From the human T2T-CHM13v2.0 reference genome, Homo sapiens: DNA of 64,000 bases. The notes below the pieces were generated by a model. The model was not told the origin of the DNA, did no database searches, and saw nothing but the letters and a program-made list of their open reading frames with translations. How positions within the stretch are numbered: the stretch's first letter is position 1; every line of letters begins with the position of its first letter. The position numbers and the translations under genes were made by a program. Shown piece after piece: positions 14,021 to 25,789 of the stretch. Location: NCBI RefSeq assembly GCF_009914755.1, contig NC_060937.1. The stretch is one strand, 5' to 3'.

Positions 14021-15483
14021 TTTTAACTTATGTTACTATTAATACAAAGAACATAAACTAGTTTTTAATGGGGTTTTTTTTTTGTTCTAGGACATATATA
14101 CATTAGCAAGATTGTATTTATTTAAAAAAAAAATCACTTTATGTCTTTTATTTTCCAACTACAGGTTTACGTTGCACCATCAAAGTTGCTATCCATTTTT
14201 TATGATCAGTTATAGAATCTGTGCTTATTGAATGTGATGTGATACCAGAAACATTATACATGGTATACCTGAGCTGTCCTAGTAGAGATATTATAGAAGA
14301 AAGCATACTTACACTCATAGATCTAAACAATGACATCTGATTAAGAAATGTTACTCATACCATATGACTTGAAAAGATGGGAAGACAGAAATATTAAAGG
14401 AATCACATTTTAAAAGAAGATATTTTTATTTCTTAGATTTCAGCATTACCCATTTATTTTTTCATCATAAAAGTAAGGAAAAATGTTCAAACTAATAGAA
14501 ATAGCATATACTACTATGATGAGTAAAATGTCTCCTTAACGTGACTTTGAGACTAAGAAGTCTAAAATAAGGGGTTCATACTGAATCTGATCCTCCAATG
14601 ACAGCAACTTCTTTCTAGGCTGTTTTTAGTTAACAGATTAGAATACTTTCCCTTCAATATTTATATGATGTTTTTATCAGTATCTATAAAATCTTATTTT
14701 TCTCTGCTGTATCAAAATGAGTAAAATACTTTCAGATGATCTCTCATGAACAACTATTTCATATTATCATGCTTTCTTTTAAATGTCTTTACTATATCTT
14801 TCTGCAGAATGGTAAAAATATAGTTTTAATACGTTCTTCCCAGGCTACTGCAAGTTAACATGAAAAAAATATTCAAAAAAAGGAAAAATATTCATATGCA
14901 TTTTCTATAGATACGTATATCTGCCTTCCCGCACCCAGTCAGGACAAAAAAAGAAATTATAATAAATCTACTCATTTCTAACAACCTCCTTGGGCAATTC
15001 TTCCGCTGAATTATCGTATTTCTTTCCACCAAGGAGAAAAAACCAACTGAGTGTTAGGTTAGTTCTACGGACATGAACAAGCATTTCCCACAGGATGTGT
15101 GTGTGAGAGTTTGTACCCAGAACTCAGACTGGTGGGAAAATGGAAATTAGATTTATGAGAAATTGATGCTGATTCTTAACTTTTCTCATTTTACAGCCCA
15201 TTGTTTTCAGAAGAGTATGTGTTTCTCATGGGCAAAGGAGAGAATCCAGAGTGAGAAGCTGAAGAAAGTGGGAAGTCCTAGATTGGCGTGATTTCAAAAC
15301 GTATGATAAGATGCAGGAGCTCATCAGCTGTGGCTGAGGCTGAGTGGCTTCCATTGTGACACAGAGGGACATTGTAAGAGCTTTAAAAAGCAAAGGGGAT
15401 TCAACCAGGCGATTGTTCAGGACACTGGAGCTGCAAGAAAAACTAACAGCTGGGTCTAAGTCAAACTGCTTTGCACCTCCCCT

Positions 15484-15498
15484 TCTTTTTTTCTTTTC

Positions 15499-15537
<39 letters not shown>
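15484..15537. repeat. Poly-T / (TTTTC)n tract
   Basis: Direct reading. Confidence 0.95.
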
Positions 15538-15538
<1 letters not shown>

Positions 15539-17586
15539 GTCATTTCTAGGTGCAAGTGGGAAGGACCATAACAGAATTATTGTGTTTCTCTAACCCAGGA
15601 AAGGAAATTCAACACTCTGGTGCATTCACCCTGTGAACAAGCTTTATTTTATTCCAGGGGAAACAAACTGAAATTTCAGTGTAGGCAAGATGGCTGTTTC
15701 TGTCGCAGAAACATTGAGAATATCCCTTAGCAGAATGTAACTCTTAATCAGGGTTGTTTATTCACGCCGGGAGCACGGCAGGTCACGCTGCTCACTTGGT
15801 GCCATTTGGTCTGCCCTGAGCCTTCCTGGACAGGAAGTCCTTAAGATTAAAGATTATATTTTTATGGTCTCATGCCTGCCTACTCCAAGCTATTAACTGA
15901 AGAGAAATGTAACTAGAAGTCAATTTGTAGAAAGGATATTAACGGTCTTTGGTGTGTGTCACAATGAAAAATAGGAAGGAATCAAGGTGGAGTAGTGGAG
16001 AGAAGAAACCAGCTTGGTTATTGTTTGGAGTATTGGAAATAAGAGTATTTCTGTGTGGAAGCGGAATTGTCATTGCATATGTAATTAAAACAAAATTGAT
16101 AAAAAACGTAGATATTAGGATATTAACAGGTAGGCCATATAAAGGATTTCATCTTACTTACTCCGGCTGCCTTTTTCAAAGCACTCTTTTTCCAAAGGAA
16201 TGTGCAGGAGAGAGAGGCTGTTTTCTTTGTTTGTTTTTCAGTTGTACTTGATGCTGTGACGTATCCTACAATTGTCTAAATGCAACGCGTTTTGAAAATG
16301 TCATTTCTTCACACCAGCCTGGTGGGTGACCTGTGGTTCTGCATTTGATAAACATGCCCCTTGGGTTTATATTTTTGCATTTACTGTTTGTCAAGGTAAG
16401 GTAATAAGGCGTTATGTATGATTAAATTAAATTTGAAAAAAATTCTTTTGGCTTTTCACAATGAGTCATTGTTAATAACAACAGAAAATTCATATTTATT
16501 TCCTATGCATGTTCTATGATAGTTTTAAGACTCCTAAGTTTGAATATATATAAGTCTTGAGAGATGACTGAAATTTTTGGAACTTTGGATGTGTCTGTAC
16601 GCGTGCACATTGGAGTATTCACTTCAACGTGGAAATGAAGCTGTTCCAACATTGTCCATGAGGAACGTTTTAAATTTTTGATTCCTTCTAATCCTCTGTT
16701 AACCTTCAATAAGTCACGAATTCAGTCATAGAAATAGTAACATAATCCTTCTTATAGGAAATAATTTCATTAATTTAATAATTCAGTTAAACAATTGCTG
16801 AGTTATCAATAAAGCAACTGCTTATTAATACATAACAGTAATTATGTACATTAATCTAATGTTCATCTGAAAACTAGAGGATAAAAAGTTTGGCATTAAT
16901 AAAATAGATCATTTCTAAAGGAATATCATAACGGCCTAATGTTTTGATTTGGAAAAATGAAATTCGTTCAAATTTTAAAAATACGATTTGATTTAAAAGC
17001 AGATATATATTCTTTTTAGAAAATTTGAAGAAAAACAAAGAAAAATGCAAAGAAGAAAATAACAGTTATCCATGATCTCATCATCCGGTAATAACTACTG
17101 TGAACATTTGGGTTTGGCTAATTTCAGCTCCTTTTCTATGCACACAGAGCTCTTTAAGTAGCTCTATACAAATCTGCCAATGCCAGTAGCTTTCAAAACG
17201 GGATTCTGTTCCATCATTTCTTTTTACATACTATAATGGGAATATTTTCTAATTGCGTTGTTCTTCCACAATTTACATTATTGTGTACTTCATCAGCTTT
17301 TTATTGTTGGCCATTTAGTTTTATAATTTTTTTCATAGCAGGTACTTTAAGTGGGAATTTATCTTCACGCTAACCACTGTGGGCTCCTGACAATGTAGCT
17401 GTGTTTGAGGGGCAGTTGGATATTGAGGACATTTTTAGACCTTTTTTGGAATAAACTCCTTTAGTCTTTCCTCCCATTGTTTGTACCTAGAGCTCCACAC
17501 TCTAGATTTCCCCATTTAAAATTCTCTCACTGTTCTCTTCTATTAGCTAACATCAAACTGCTAAATTTATTTTGGAGTTTATACTT

Positions 17587-17683
17587 TGGAGAAAAATTAA
17601 ATGGTTGTCTTAGGTACTGTTATTTGGCTCATGTGGAAAAAAATTAGACAGTTTTCTTAGGTACTCTTATTTGGCTCATGTGG
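17587..17683. repeat. 47-bp tandem duplication (2 copies)
   Basis: tgga(g/a)aaaaatta...tcttaggtact(g/c)ttatttggctcatg repeated at 17587 and 17634. Confidence 0.9.
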
Positions 17684-19574
17684 GCTTTTTAGAACCGAGA
17701 TGTATTTTCATTCATTTTTAGGTGCATCACGTCAATACCTAAATATTATAATAGATTATGCTTGTGCAAATTTCCTCAGACAACCTGAAAGCAGCTTCCT
17801 TCTAATTTGTAAAGGCCAATTTTGCACTTATCTGCCAGGGTTAAGAAAGTTTTCTTTCCTGTTCTTTCTCTCGTTTTTGTCTTTATATGGTGGTGTTGTC
17901 GTTGTTGTTGTTTATTTGTTTGTTTGTTTTTTATAAACAGAAGGTGGCTGTTTCATGCCAGGGTCTGAGAAGCCGCGCTGGTTGAGGACTGGGACTATTT
18001 TCCTGTGAACATGCGAGGAAGGTTTGCTCCGTGTCCTCCTGGAATGTGCTCTCCAGGGAAACTTTCCGGTGGTGAGATCACTCCTGCATGTATGAATCTT
18101 TGTTCTGATACTTCCGACCGCAGTTCATGCACATAACCAGTGAAACGTGAAACAGGTTCCATGGTGAGCAAGAAATTCTGGAGGTTATTCTGTTGTCCCC
18201 TGCATCACAACTTAGGCCAACATAGCAGCAGTCTCAATGTCATCATCCTCCATAGGTATACTTTATTGTTTTGTCACCTTTTTTTTTTTGAGAAAGAGAA
18301 AATGAGACATCACTTACTACTCTTAGTTGCTTCCCCATGTTTCTTTTGCTTCAGAGCCAAACTCGTTAATGAACAAGTTACAGAACACGGGGAAAAAACA
18401 AAGTACCTGGCTTGGTTTAGGCTCTGACAAGTATTCCTTATGGGAAATCTGTGAATGCACTGGGTGGATTCTCACAGGTATCGGTCTGGGCCAGCGCATC
18501 CTTGCCAGAAGACAGTGAATCTACACCCAAGATCTGAGATTGCTGCCAGTGCACAAGAAAATAGAAAAAAAGAAGCCCAGTGATAAAAGACATGTGGAAT
18601 ATTGTTCACCTGAATGCAGTAAATTAAAGAAAGTCAACCACAGTGATCACAGAGTGAAAAAACAACAAACAAAAAGCTACCCAAACTAATTAAAATTTTA
18701 ACACTCTCCCCACCCCCACCCTTAACCCTAGCAGCTTTGATTGACATTTCATAGTTAAGCTAGTCCATTTGTTTTTAAAGCCAAAGTTCCCACAGCATAA
18801 AAATAGCACAATAGCCCCTGCTTGGCAGCTTGTGGACAAGTGCAAGGAGCTTGGAGAAGCGCTGATGGTTCTATTGAAGAAGCAGCTGTTTGTGTCTTCA
18901 CTTCTGACCCGTGGCCGCACTCTGGGCTGGCTGTGCTCAAAGGTCTTTCACTCTCCCCCCTCCAAGCGGCTTGCTATTCACAAAACAGAAGCCAGGCGTG
19001 TGTTGGTTTCAGCTACTTCCAGAAGCAGATGCGGCAATTACCTTCAGAGGCAAGCATGAGATGAACTTTGAGTGGTGGCCGGCTTTTAGGATGGTGGTCC
19101 ATCCAAGGAGACTTTTATTGCTGGTAATCCTTTTAGATCTTCAGCACCAATTGATGGTCTTTACTTCAAGCTATTGTCAACACAGATGGCGCTGGGTTTG
19201 GAATGCCAGAGGCAGACAAATCCTGCCTGTGTTTATCCAGTTTTAACTTTTGTGCTAAGCGATTGAACTATGAATGCTAGCAACAAAGAAACAAAAAGAA
19301 AGAATATTTCCATCAGATGTTATCTGTTCATTGTGAAAACTAATTAGGACACCTACACAGACTCACAGATAGGCTAATGTTAAATGATTATATATATCTA
19401 TACATCCATATATATGTATATAGTATATCCGTGAAAGAAAAGTTTTAAAAATGAGATTGGTTTTGAAATCCATTACTCACCTCTTTATATAGTACTTACA
19501 TTACCAATAGGGGGAGTTTGAAATGATTTATTTTTACAAATAAAAAAGGTGCATTATGGAACTTGTCCTGTGGA

Positions 19575-19710
19575 GAAGGAAAAGAAGAAAGTAAGAAGGA
19601 AAGAAAGAAGGAGGGAAGGAAGGAAGGAAGGAAAGAAGGAAGGAAGGAAGGAAGGAAGGAAGGAAGGAAGGAAGGAAGGAAGGAAAGAAAGAAAGAAAAA
19701 GAAAGAAGGA

Positions 19711-19754
<44 letters not shown>

Positions 19755-19888
19755 AAAGAAAAATGAAAAGAAAAGAGAGAAAGGAAGGAAGGGAGAGAGA
19801 AGAAAACGAAAGAAAGAAAGAAAAGAAAGAAAGAGAGAGAAAAAAGAAAGAAAGGAAAGAAAGAGAAAGAAAGGAAGGAAAGAAAGAG
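19575..19888. repeat. Compound (GAAG)n/(GAAA)n polypurine microsatellite, ~310 bp
   Basis: Direct reading. Confidence 0.97.
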
Positions 19889-20115
19889 TACATGGTTCTG
19901 TTACTTTATCAGGGTCTTGGGAGCAGTGGTTTTGGAACTTTGTACATAGGAGACTCATAGGACAGGTTCGTGAAAGATGTGAATTCTCTCAGCCACAGGG
20001 ACCTTGTGTCAGGCCAGGAGCTCCACGTTTGGTCAGGTGCCTGTGACTGTGATGCAGAGCTGAGGACCACACTTGGAGAGAGAAGCCCTGCAGGAGAGTT
20101 TCTAGCCTCAGCTCC

Positions 20116-20187
20116 GGGAGGGGGTGGGGTGTGGGGTAAGGGTCGGGGGTAAAGTGGGGAGGGAGGTGAGGGTGGGTGGGGAAGGGA
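20116..20187 (+). other. G-quadruplex-prone G-run cluster
   Basis: About ten GGG+ runs with short loops in ~70 bp. Confidence 0.7.
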
Positions 20188-20723
20188 GTTCTCAGCCAAT
20201 TCCTTCCTCACTGAGTCTTTAATGTACACGTCCTTCCTGCTGCCCAGACCAACTGTCTTCCAAACTCCTCACCCTTTCCCAGCCAGCTCTTCTCACCTGG
20301 GACGCAGTAGAGAGCCACTCTCCTCTTCCTGACCTTCGGTCTGTATCCCTTCCTTCTGTTAGATTATGCTCCTTAGGACTTGTCTCCACCAAACACTTCG
20401 GGCCTTTTGAAAGTTTCTTTTTTGTCTGTCATTCTGTGAGTTACTTGAGGGCAGTGACTGTTTCTGTCCTCTGTGGCATGCCGAAGCCTCCCCTGGTCCC
20501 TGGCAATAGCAGGTGCTGCATAAACATGTGTTGAATGAAAGGTATGTATGAATGGGGATTCACAAAAGGACAGAGCCTACTTCGTAAAGGAGCCCTGTTG
20601 AAGAAGGCTTGCAACCGTGGGCTGGAGGACACTGACAGTCACCCCTCAGGTCTCTCCTTTCAGAACCACAGCGCCTGCTCCAGCCTCTGGCAAGGGGCCT
20701 GCAGGGCTCAGTGCTCCGCAGGC

Positions 20724-21126
20724 CTTAGTTTCCTAGGGAAGTTATAACATTTACATCAGACAAATAAACCACAGAAATGTATTCTTTCATCACTCTGGAT
20801 GGCAGGGGTCCACGATCAAGGTGTGGCAGGGCAGTGCTCCCTCTGCAGGCTTCAGGAGAGGGTCCTGCCTTCCCTCTTCCAGCTTCTGGTGGCTCCAAGC
20901 GTATCTTGATTTGTGGCTGTCACTCCACTCTCTGCTTCTGCCTTCACAGCCTCTTTACTCCACATTTCTCCTCCATGTGTCTCTTATAAGGACACTTGTT
21001 ATTGGATTTAGGACCCACCCTGATAATATAGGATAATCTCATCTCAAGATTCTTAATTACATCCACAGGACTCTTCTTTCAAATCAGGTCAGTTTCCAGG
21101 GTTGAGGATGTGGACATGTCTTTTGG
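20724..21126 (-). mobile_element. MaLR LTR (MLT1C/D-like)
   Basis: ttagtttcctaggg...tcaaggtgtggcaggg...ataaggacacttgttattggatttagg...ggataatctcatctcaaga. Confidence 0.8.
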
Positions 21127-21184
21127 ACAAGGGTGTCATGAAGTTTATGGCACTTTCCTATGGCAGTTCTAGAAAATTATGCCC

Positions 21185-22030
21185 AGGTATTTCCCTGAGA
21201 AAGGGAGCTGCCAAGTGCAAGCCTATGCCCCACTCCTGTGTGCAGACCGTAGCCAGCGACCAGCCGATGGCTGCGGCATATGAAGTCTAGCCCCTTTGCC
21301 TCAACTGGTGACAACTCTGAAGGGTCATCTCACCCCAGACCCCCATGGGATAAGCTGGGAATCCACTGCACTCTATTACTCAGCTCAGAGCCCCCGTGGC
21401 ATAGGCTGAGGGTCCACTGTGCTCCATCACTCAGCTCAGAGCCCTTGTGGGACAGGCTGAGGGTCCACTGTGCTCCATCACTCAGCTCAGAGCCCTCTGG
21501 GACAGGCTGAGGGTCCACTGTGCTCCATCACTCAGCTCAGAGGCCCTGTGGGACAGGCTGAGGGTCCACTGTGCTCCATCACTTAGCTGAGAGATCCCGT
21601 GGGATAGGCTGAGGGTCCACTGTGCACCATCAATCAGCTCAGAGGCCCTGTGGGATAGGCTGAGGGTCCACTGTGCTCCATCACTCAGCTCAGAGGCCCT
21701 GTGGGATAGGCTGAGGGTCCACTGTGCTCCATCACTCAGCTGAGAGCCCTCTGGGACAGGCTGAGGGTCCACTGTGCTCCATCACTCAGCTGAGAGCCCT
21801 CTGGACAGGCTGAGGGTCCACTCTGCTCCATCACTCAGCTGAGAGATCCCATGGGATAGGCTGAGGGTCCACTGTGCTCCATCACTCAGCTCAGAGGCCT
21901 CATGGGAGAGGATGAGGGTCCTCTGGGACTCCATCACTCAGCTGCCCTCTGTGCTGACTCTTGGGGAGCAGTCCATAGGAGACCCTCTCCATCCGTTTCA
22001 CAGGCTGTTTGCTGCTGAACTTGACCTAAG
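21185..22030 (+). mobile_element. ERVL LTR16-like element hosting the VNTR
   Basis: ccctttgcctcaactggtgacaactctgaagggtcatc resembles LTR16 and runs directly into the repeat unit; boundaries approximate. Confidence 0.5.
21337..21944. repeat. VNTR, 51-bp unit, ~12 copies
   Basis: Unit cagaggccctgtgggataggctgagggtccactgtgctccatcactcagct (e.g. 21640 and 21691); edge copies degenerate. Confidence 0.97.
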
Positions 22031-22299
22031 GCATGTAGCAATTTATTAAGTCCAGAAATTTGTTGGAAATGTCATTTATTCTTCTATATCATCTTGTTGA
22101 ATTCAGCCAAGAAGATATACGCCCTGTGCAAATTGACGACAGTTATATCATTAAAAGTTAATATTGCAATCGTTTCTACTTCTTCAGAAAACCATACGTA
22201 CTCATTTACACATGAGAGTTTCAAAGACCCTCTATCTATCATCCTTTTATCGGTAGGTTTAAGAAGCTCCCCAAAGTAAATTTTTTTCTAAGGATGAAA

Positions 22300-22505
22300 A
22301 ACCCAGATCTTGGGGTCCATCTGACCTGGGTTCACTCATGGCTTGGTCTTTTGTAGCCTTTCTAGGCTTCTACCCCTTCTCTGTGAAATAAAGATAATGC
22401 AACCCGACATGTGATGTTGGGTTGAGAATTCAAAGGACCACACAGGGAAATCCTCAGCTCAGAGCCTGGCATGTAGGCAGTACTCAGAAAAGAGTGATTA
22501 TTGTT
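22300..22505. mobile_element. MIR
   Basis: ctgacctgggttcac...ctgtgaaataaagataat...gagcctggcatgtaggcagtactcag. Confidence 0.55.
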
Positions 22506-23240
22506 GTTCCTTTGCACCCCTGCCTCCAGTGGCTCCTGAGCGTCTGTGATGATGGACTGTTGGGGAAAGCTGAGCTGAGATGCAGGGCCGGTTCAGGCAG
22601 TAGTCTCCAAATCCTAGTTAAGTTCTCCTGCAGGATGTGGAGTGGGAGGCAATGAACTCACTTTTTTCTCTTTTGATCTCAAGAAGGATTCTCTCTGGTC
22701 TCTGCCTGCAGGAGAGTTTTATCAGTGTGCTGACCTGGACACACAGGATATATGAACCTCCGTGCTCATATCCCTCGGGGCTTGTTTTGAGACCAAGAGG
22801 TTTGTCTTTTTGGAAGTGTGATACCCTCTGGCACCAGGGTCTCCTCTGCGGCTAGGCGGCTGCCGGGAAAGCTGGGGGCCAAGTTCTATAGTCCTGAAGT
22901 AACGATGGCCCTGGGGGGAGCATCAGGAAGCAGAAAGGCTGCCAGTTACTCTGCCCACCTGGGCGGGGGTGTGTCTCCAACACTGGGACTCAGGTGACTA
23001 TGTTTAATCTACACAGGGCCAGTCTTTCATATTCTAGCCCCTCCCTGGCTCCTATATTAATTAATTTAAATGAATGATGGCCAAATCTCCTCTTTACTAT
23101 ATGTAAGTTTGGTATAGTCTAAGTTCCCAATGGTCGGCTAGTCTATATTCAGTAGTAGGAAAACTGAAAATATTTATTTATTCAAAAATAGTATAAGGCC
23201 TGTGTGATCTTCTCAGATATTTAGCTTACCTCTGTGAGCT

Positions 23241-23455
23241 CTTTTATTGAAGGATAACACTGATGTGGTAAAGAATGCAAGTTTTAAGTGTACACCTTGA
23301 TGGATTTTTATAAATATACATACTTACGTGACCAAACCGCAGATGGAGATAAACCTGGAGTCTAACAAGCCTCCATCTGTCTCCTCCCTGCCAATATCTG
23401 CCCATCAACACACCCACAATCCTGACTTCTATTATTTTTCCCATCATTTGTTTTG
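23241..23455 (-). mobile_element. Old L1M 3'-end fragment
   Basis: ttttattgaaggataa...ttttaagtgtacaccttgatggatttt is typical of the L1MB/ME 3'UTR antisense. Confidence 0.65.
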
Positions 23456-23654
23456 AGCCCTGAGAGCTTGTTACATGTTATTATTGAACTCTTTAATGTA
23501 CATTTTCTATGACAATTAATTACAATTATTTTTTAACTCAAAGAGAAAAGAAGGCTCGGGAAAAGTTAGTTTCTTGCTCAAGTTCGTGGAGCTGGTGAGC
23601 GGCAGGCCTGAAATCGAATTAGTCAGCTGATTGCAGAGGCCAGTTGAGCTACCC

Positions 23655-23916
23655 TGCTTCTCCCAGTAATTCAGATATTAAACAAGAAAGATAATAGAAA
23701 GTAAAAACTAGTCAGTGAGTTATTCAAGGTGGTTAAAAGAATTATTTCCTAAATATAATATTCCTTGTACTTATGAGACCTTGAACTCCAAGGTGAATTG
23801 GAAGGTGTTTAGCAGCTCTATAATAAGAATATGATAATGATACTTAACCAGTGCTGTTCTAGGTACCATCTCACACGTGTTATCTTCCTTAATCATTATG
23901 ACACAGCCTTCACAGG
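23655..23916 (+). repeat. Long inverted repeat, left arm (262 bp)
   Basis: Reverse complement of 24778-25039; about 5 mismatches counted by eye. Confidence 0.97.
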
Positions 23917-24055
23917 CAAGCACTAATATCCGCCCTATTTCACAGGGGAAGTAACAAAAGCAGAGTCATTAAATAATTCACCCAAGGTCGCGGAGCTAGG
24001 TAACTGGAGCATCCCAGATTTTAACCTGCAGCTTGTACTCCTGAGCACTGTGATA
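23845..24055. mobile_element. MIR overlapping the inner end of the left IR arm
   Basis: ccctatttcacaggggaagtaac...aattcacccaaggtcgcggagctagg. Confidence 0.65.
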
Positions 24056-24777
24056 TATACATTTTTTCTTTTCCATGTCACTTAAAAATAGATAAAAACC
24101 ATATGACTGAAGAGTGAAAAGTACCGAATATTCAATGAAAGTTGAAATACAAATTATTTAGCTTTTTATCCTAGCATTAATACCTAGACATGCAGAAACT
24201 AGTTATTTGCTGAATCATATGTGTACCCATTAATATTCCTGATAAGGTCCAGTAGATAAGAGTTCTAGAACTAGAAGAACTGAGTTAATAACTAAGGATC
24301 CAGGCAGTATTTAGCATCAGGAATACCCTTGGAAATTAGGCAATTATGGTCAGAAATTACCCCAAGAAAGCATCCCAGAAGTCTGGGGATGAGTGGATGT
24401 ACCTGTCAAGCTGACAGAGTTTATGTGTAGAGGCTTATGCGAGGCAGGGTTTCTGGTGGGTGTGCTGGGTAGTGCCAAGACATGGTGCTAAGGCTGTCTC
24501 TTTCTGATGTATAATCCAACCATTATCACCCACGTCCACTTCACTTGTGAGCTTGTCTTCATTTCTCGTGAAAGTCAGACTTACACATCCTCGCCTCTCC
24601 CCCACTCCCTGAACTGAACCTCTTCCTGGACCTGGAAATCTTTCCCATCTAAACTGAAACACTATGGCTACTAGATAACCATTAAGGGATCTGTGTCCAT
24701 TTTCATGATCAGACATAAAAATTTCAAGTGCATGCCTTGCTCCTCAAACAATTTTCTTCCAATGAAACAATTTTCTT

Positions 24778-25039
24778 CCTATGAAGGCTGTGTCATGATG
24801 ATTAAGGAAGATAACACGTGTGAGATGGTACCTAGAACAGCACTGGTTAAGTATCATTATCATATTCTTATTATAGAGCTGCTAAACACCTTCCAATTCA
24901 CCTTGGAGTTCAAGGTCTCATAAGTACAAGGAATATTATATTTAGGAAATAATTCTTTTAACCACCTTGAATAACTCACTGACTAGTTTTTGCCTTCTAT
25001 TATCTTTCTTATTTAATATCTGAATTACTGGGAGAAGCA
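24778..25039 (-). repeat. Long inverted repeat, right arm (262 bp)
   Basis: Reverse complement of 23655-23916. Confidence 0.97.
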
Positions 25040-25374
25040 ACACACAAAATAATTTATGTGTGTTGAAGGTGAGGGTGGAGGCCCCAATCATTCCCCAAAG
25101 ATGTCAAAGAAAATAAGAAATAATAGGAAGCTAAGTCTGCACAAAACTTTCTGTGTATGCACAATACCCATTTCAACTAAATGTGTGAAACGTACATTAG
25201 CTAAGCCACTTACTGAGGATGAATACCCAACAAGCTGAGAGGTAATTACTCCGGTGGCTCTGACTCATCTGGTAAAGATTCAGATTTTCAGATTTAAAGG
25301 GAGCATGCTAGAGTCAGAGAAATAAACAGAGCTCCAGTTGATTTTTTTTCCTGATCAATGGAACATTTATTACT

Positions 25375-25402
25375 ACACACACACACACACACACACACAC
25401 AC
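25375..25402. repeat. (CA)n microsatellite
   Basis: Direct reading. Confidence 0.95.
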
Positions 25403-25437
25403 TATCTCTCAGTGAGCCCTAAGACGCACACCAGAAA

Positions 25438-25781
25438 TGATATGGTTTGGCTGTGTCCCCACCCAAATCTCATCTTGAATTCCCACATGTTGTGGGAGGG
25501 ACCTGGTAGGTGGTAACTGAATCATGGGGACAGATCTTTTCTATGCTCTTCTTGTGATAGCAAATAAGTCTCACGAGATCTGACGGTTTTAAAAAGGGAA
25601 GTTTCCCTGCACAAGCCCACTTCTCTTGTCTGCCGCCACGTGAGACGTGCTTTTCACCTTCCACCATGATTGTGAAGCCTCCCCAGCCACATGGAACTGT
25701 AAGTCCATTAAACCTCTTTCTTTTGTAAAGTGTCCAGTCTTGGGTATATCTTTATCCGCAGCATGAAAACGAACTAATACA
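25438..25781 (+). mobile_element. THE1 (THE1A/B-like) MaLR solo LTR
   Basis: tgatatggtttggctgtgtccccacccaaatctc...gaactaataca; 5-bp TSD agaaa/agaac. Confidence 0.93.
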
Positions 25782-25789
25782 AGAACCGT

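Noticed and set aside
14148-14340. Open frames with splice-like flanks
   Set aside because: No recognisable product and no consistent acceptor/donor pair.
19177-19195. CTCF-like CAGATGGCGCT
   Set aside because: Only the right half matches; the conserved CC at the 5' end of the core is missing.
19534-20046. K/E/R-rich and F/L/S-rich ORFs of 119-165 aa
   Set aside because: Artefacts of the stop-free GA microsatellite.
21330-21772. Repetitive ORFs (SELSDGAQWTLSLSH) and a CRISPR-like appearance
   Set aside because: The 51-bp unit is a multiple of 3 and frames break at 49-50-bp units; there are no unique spacers, so it is a VNTR.
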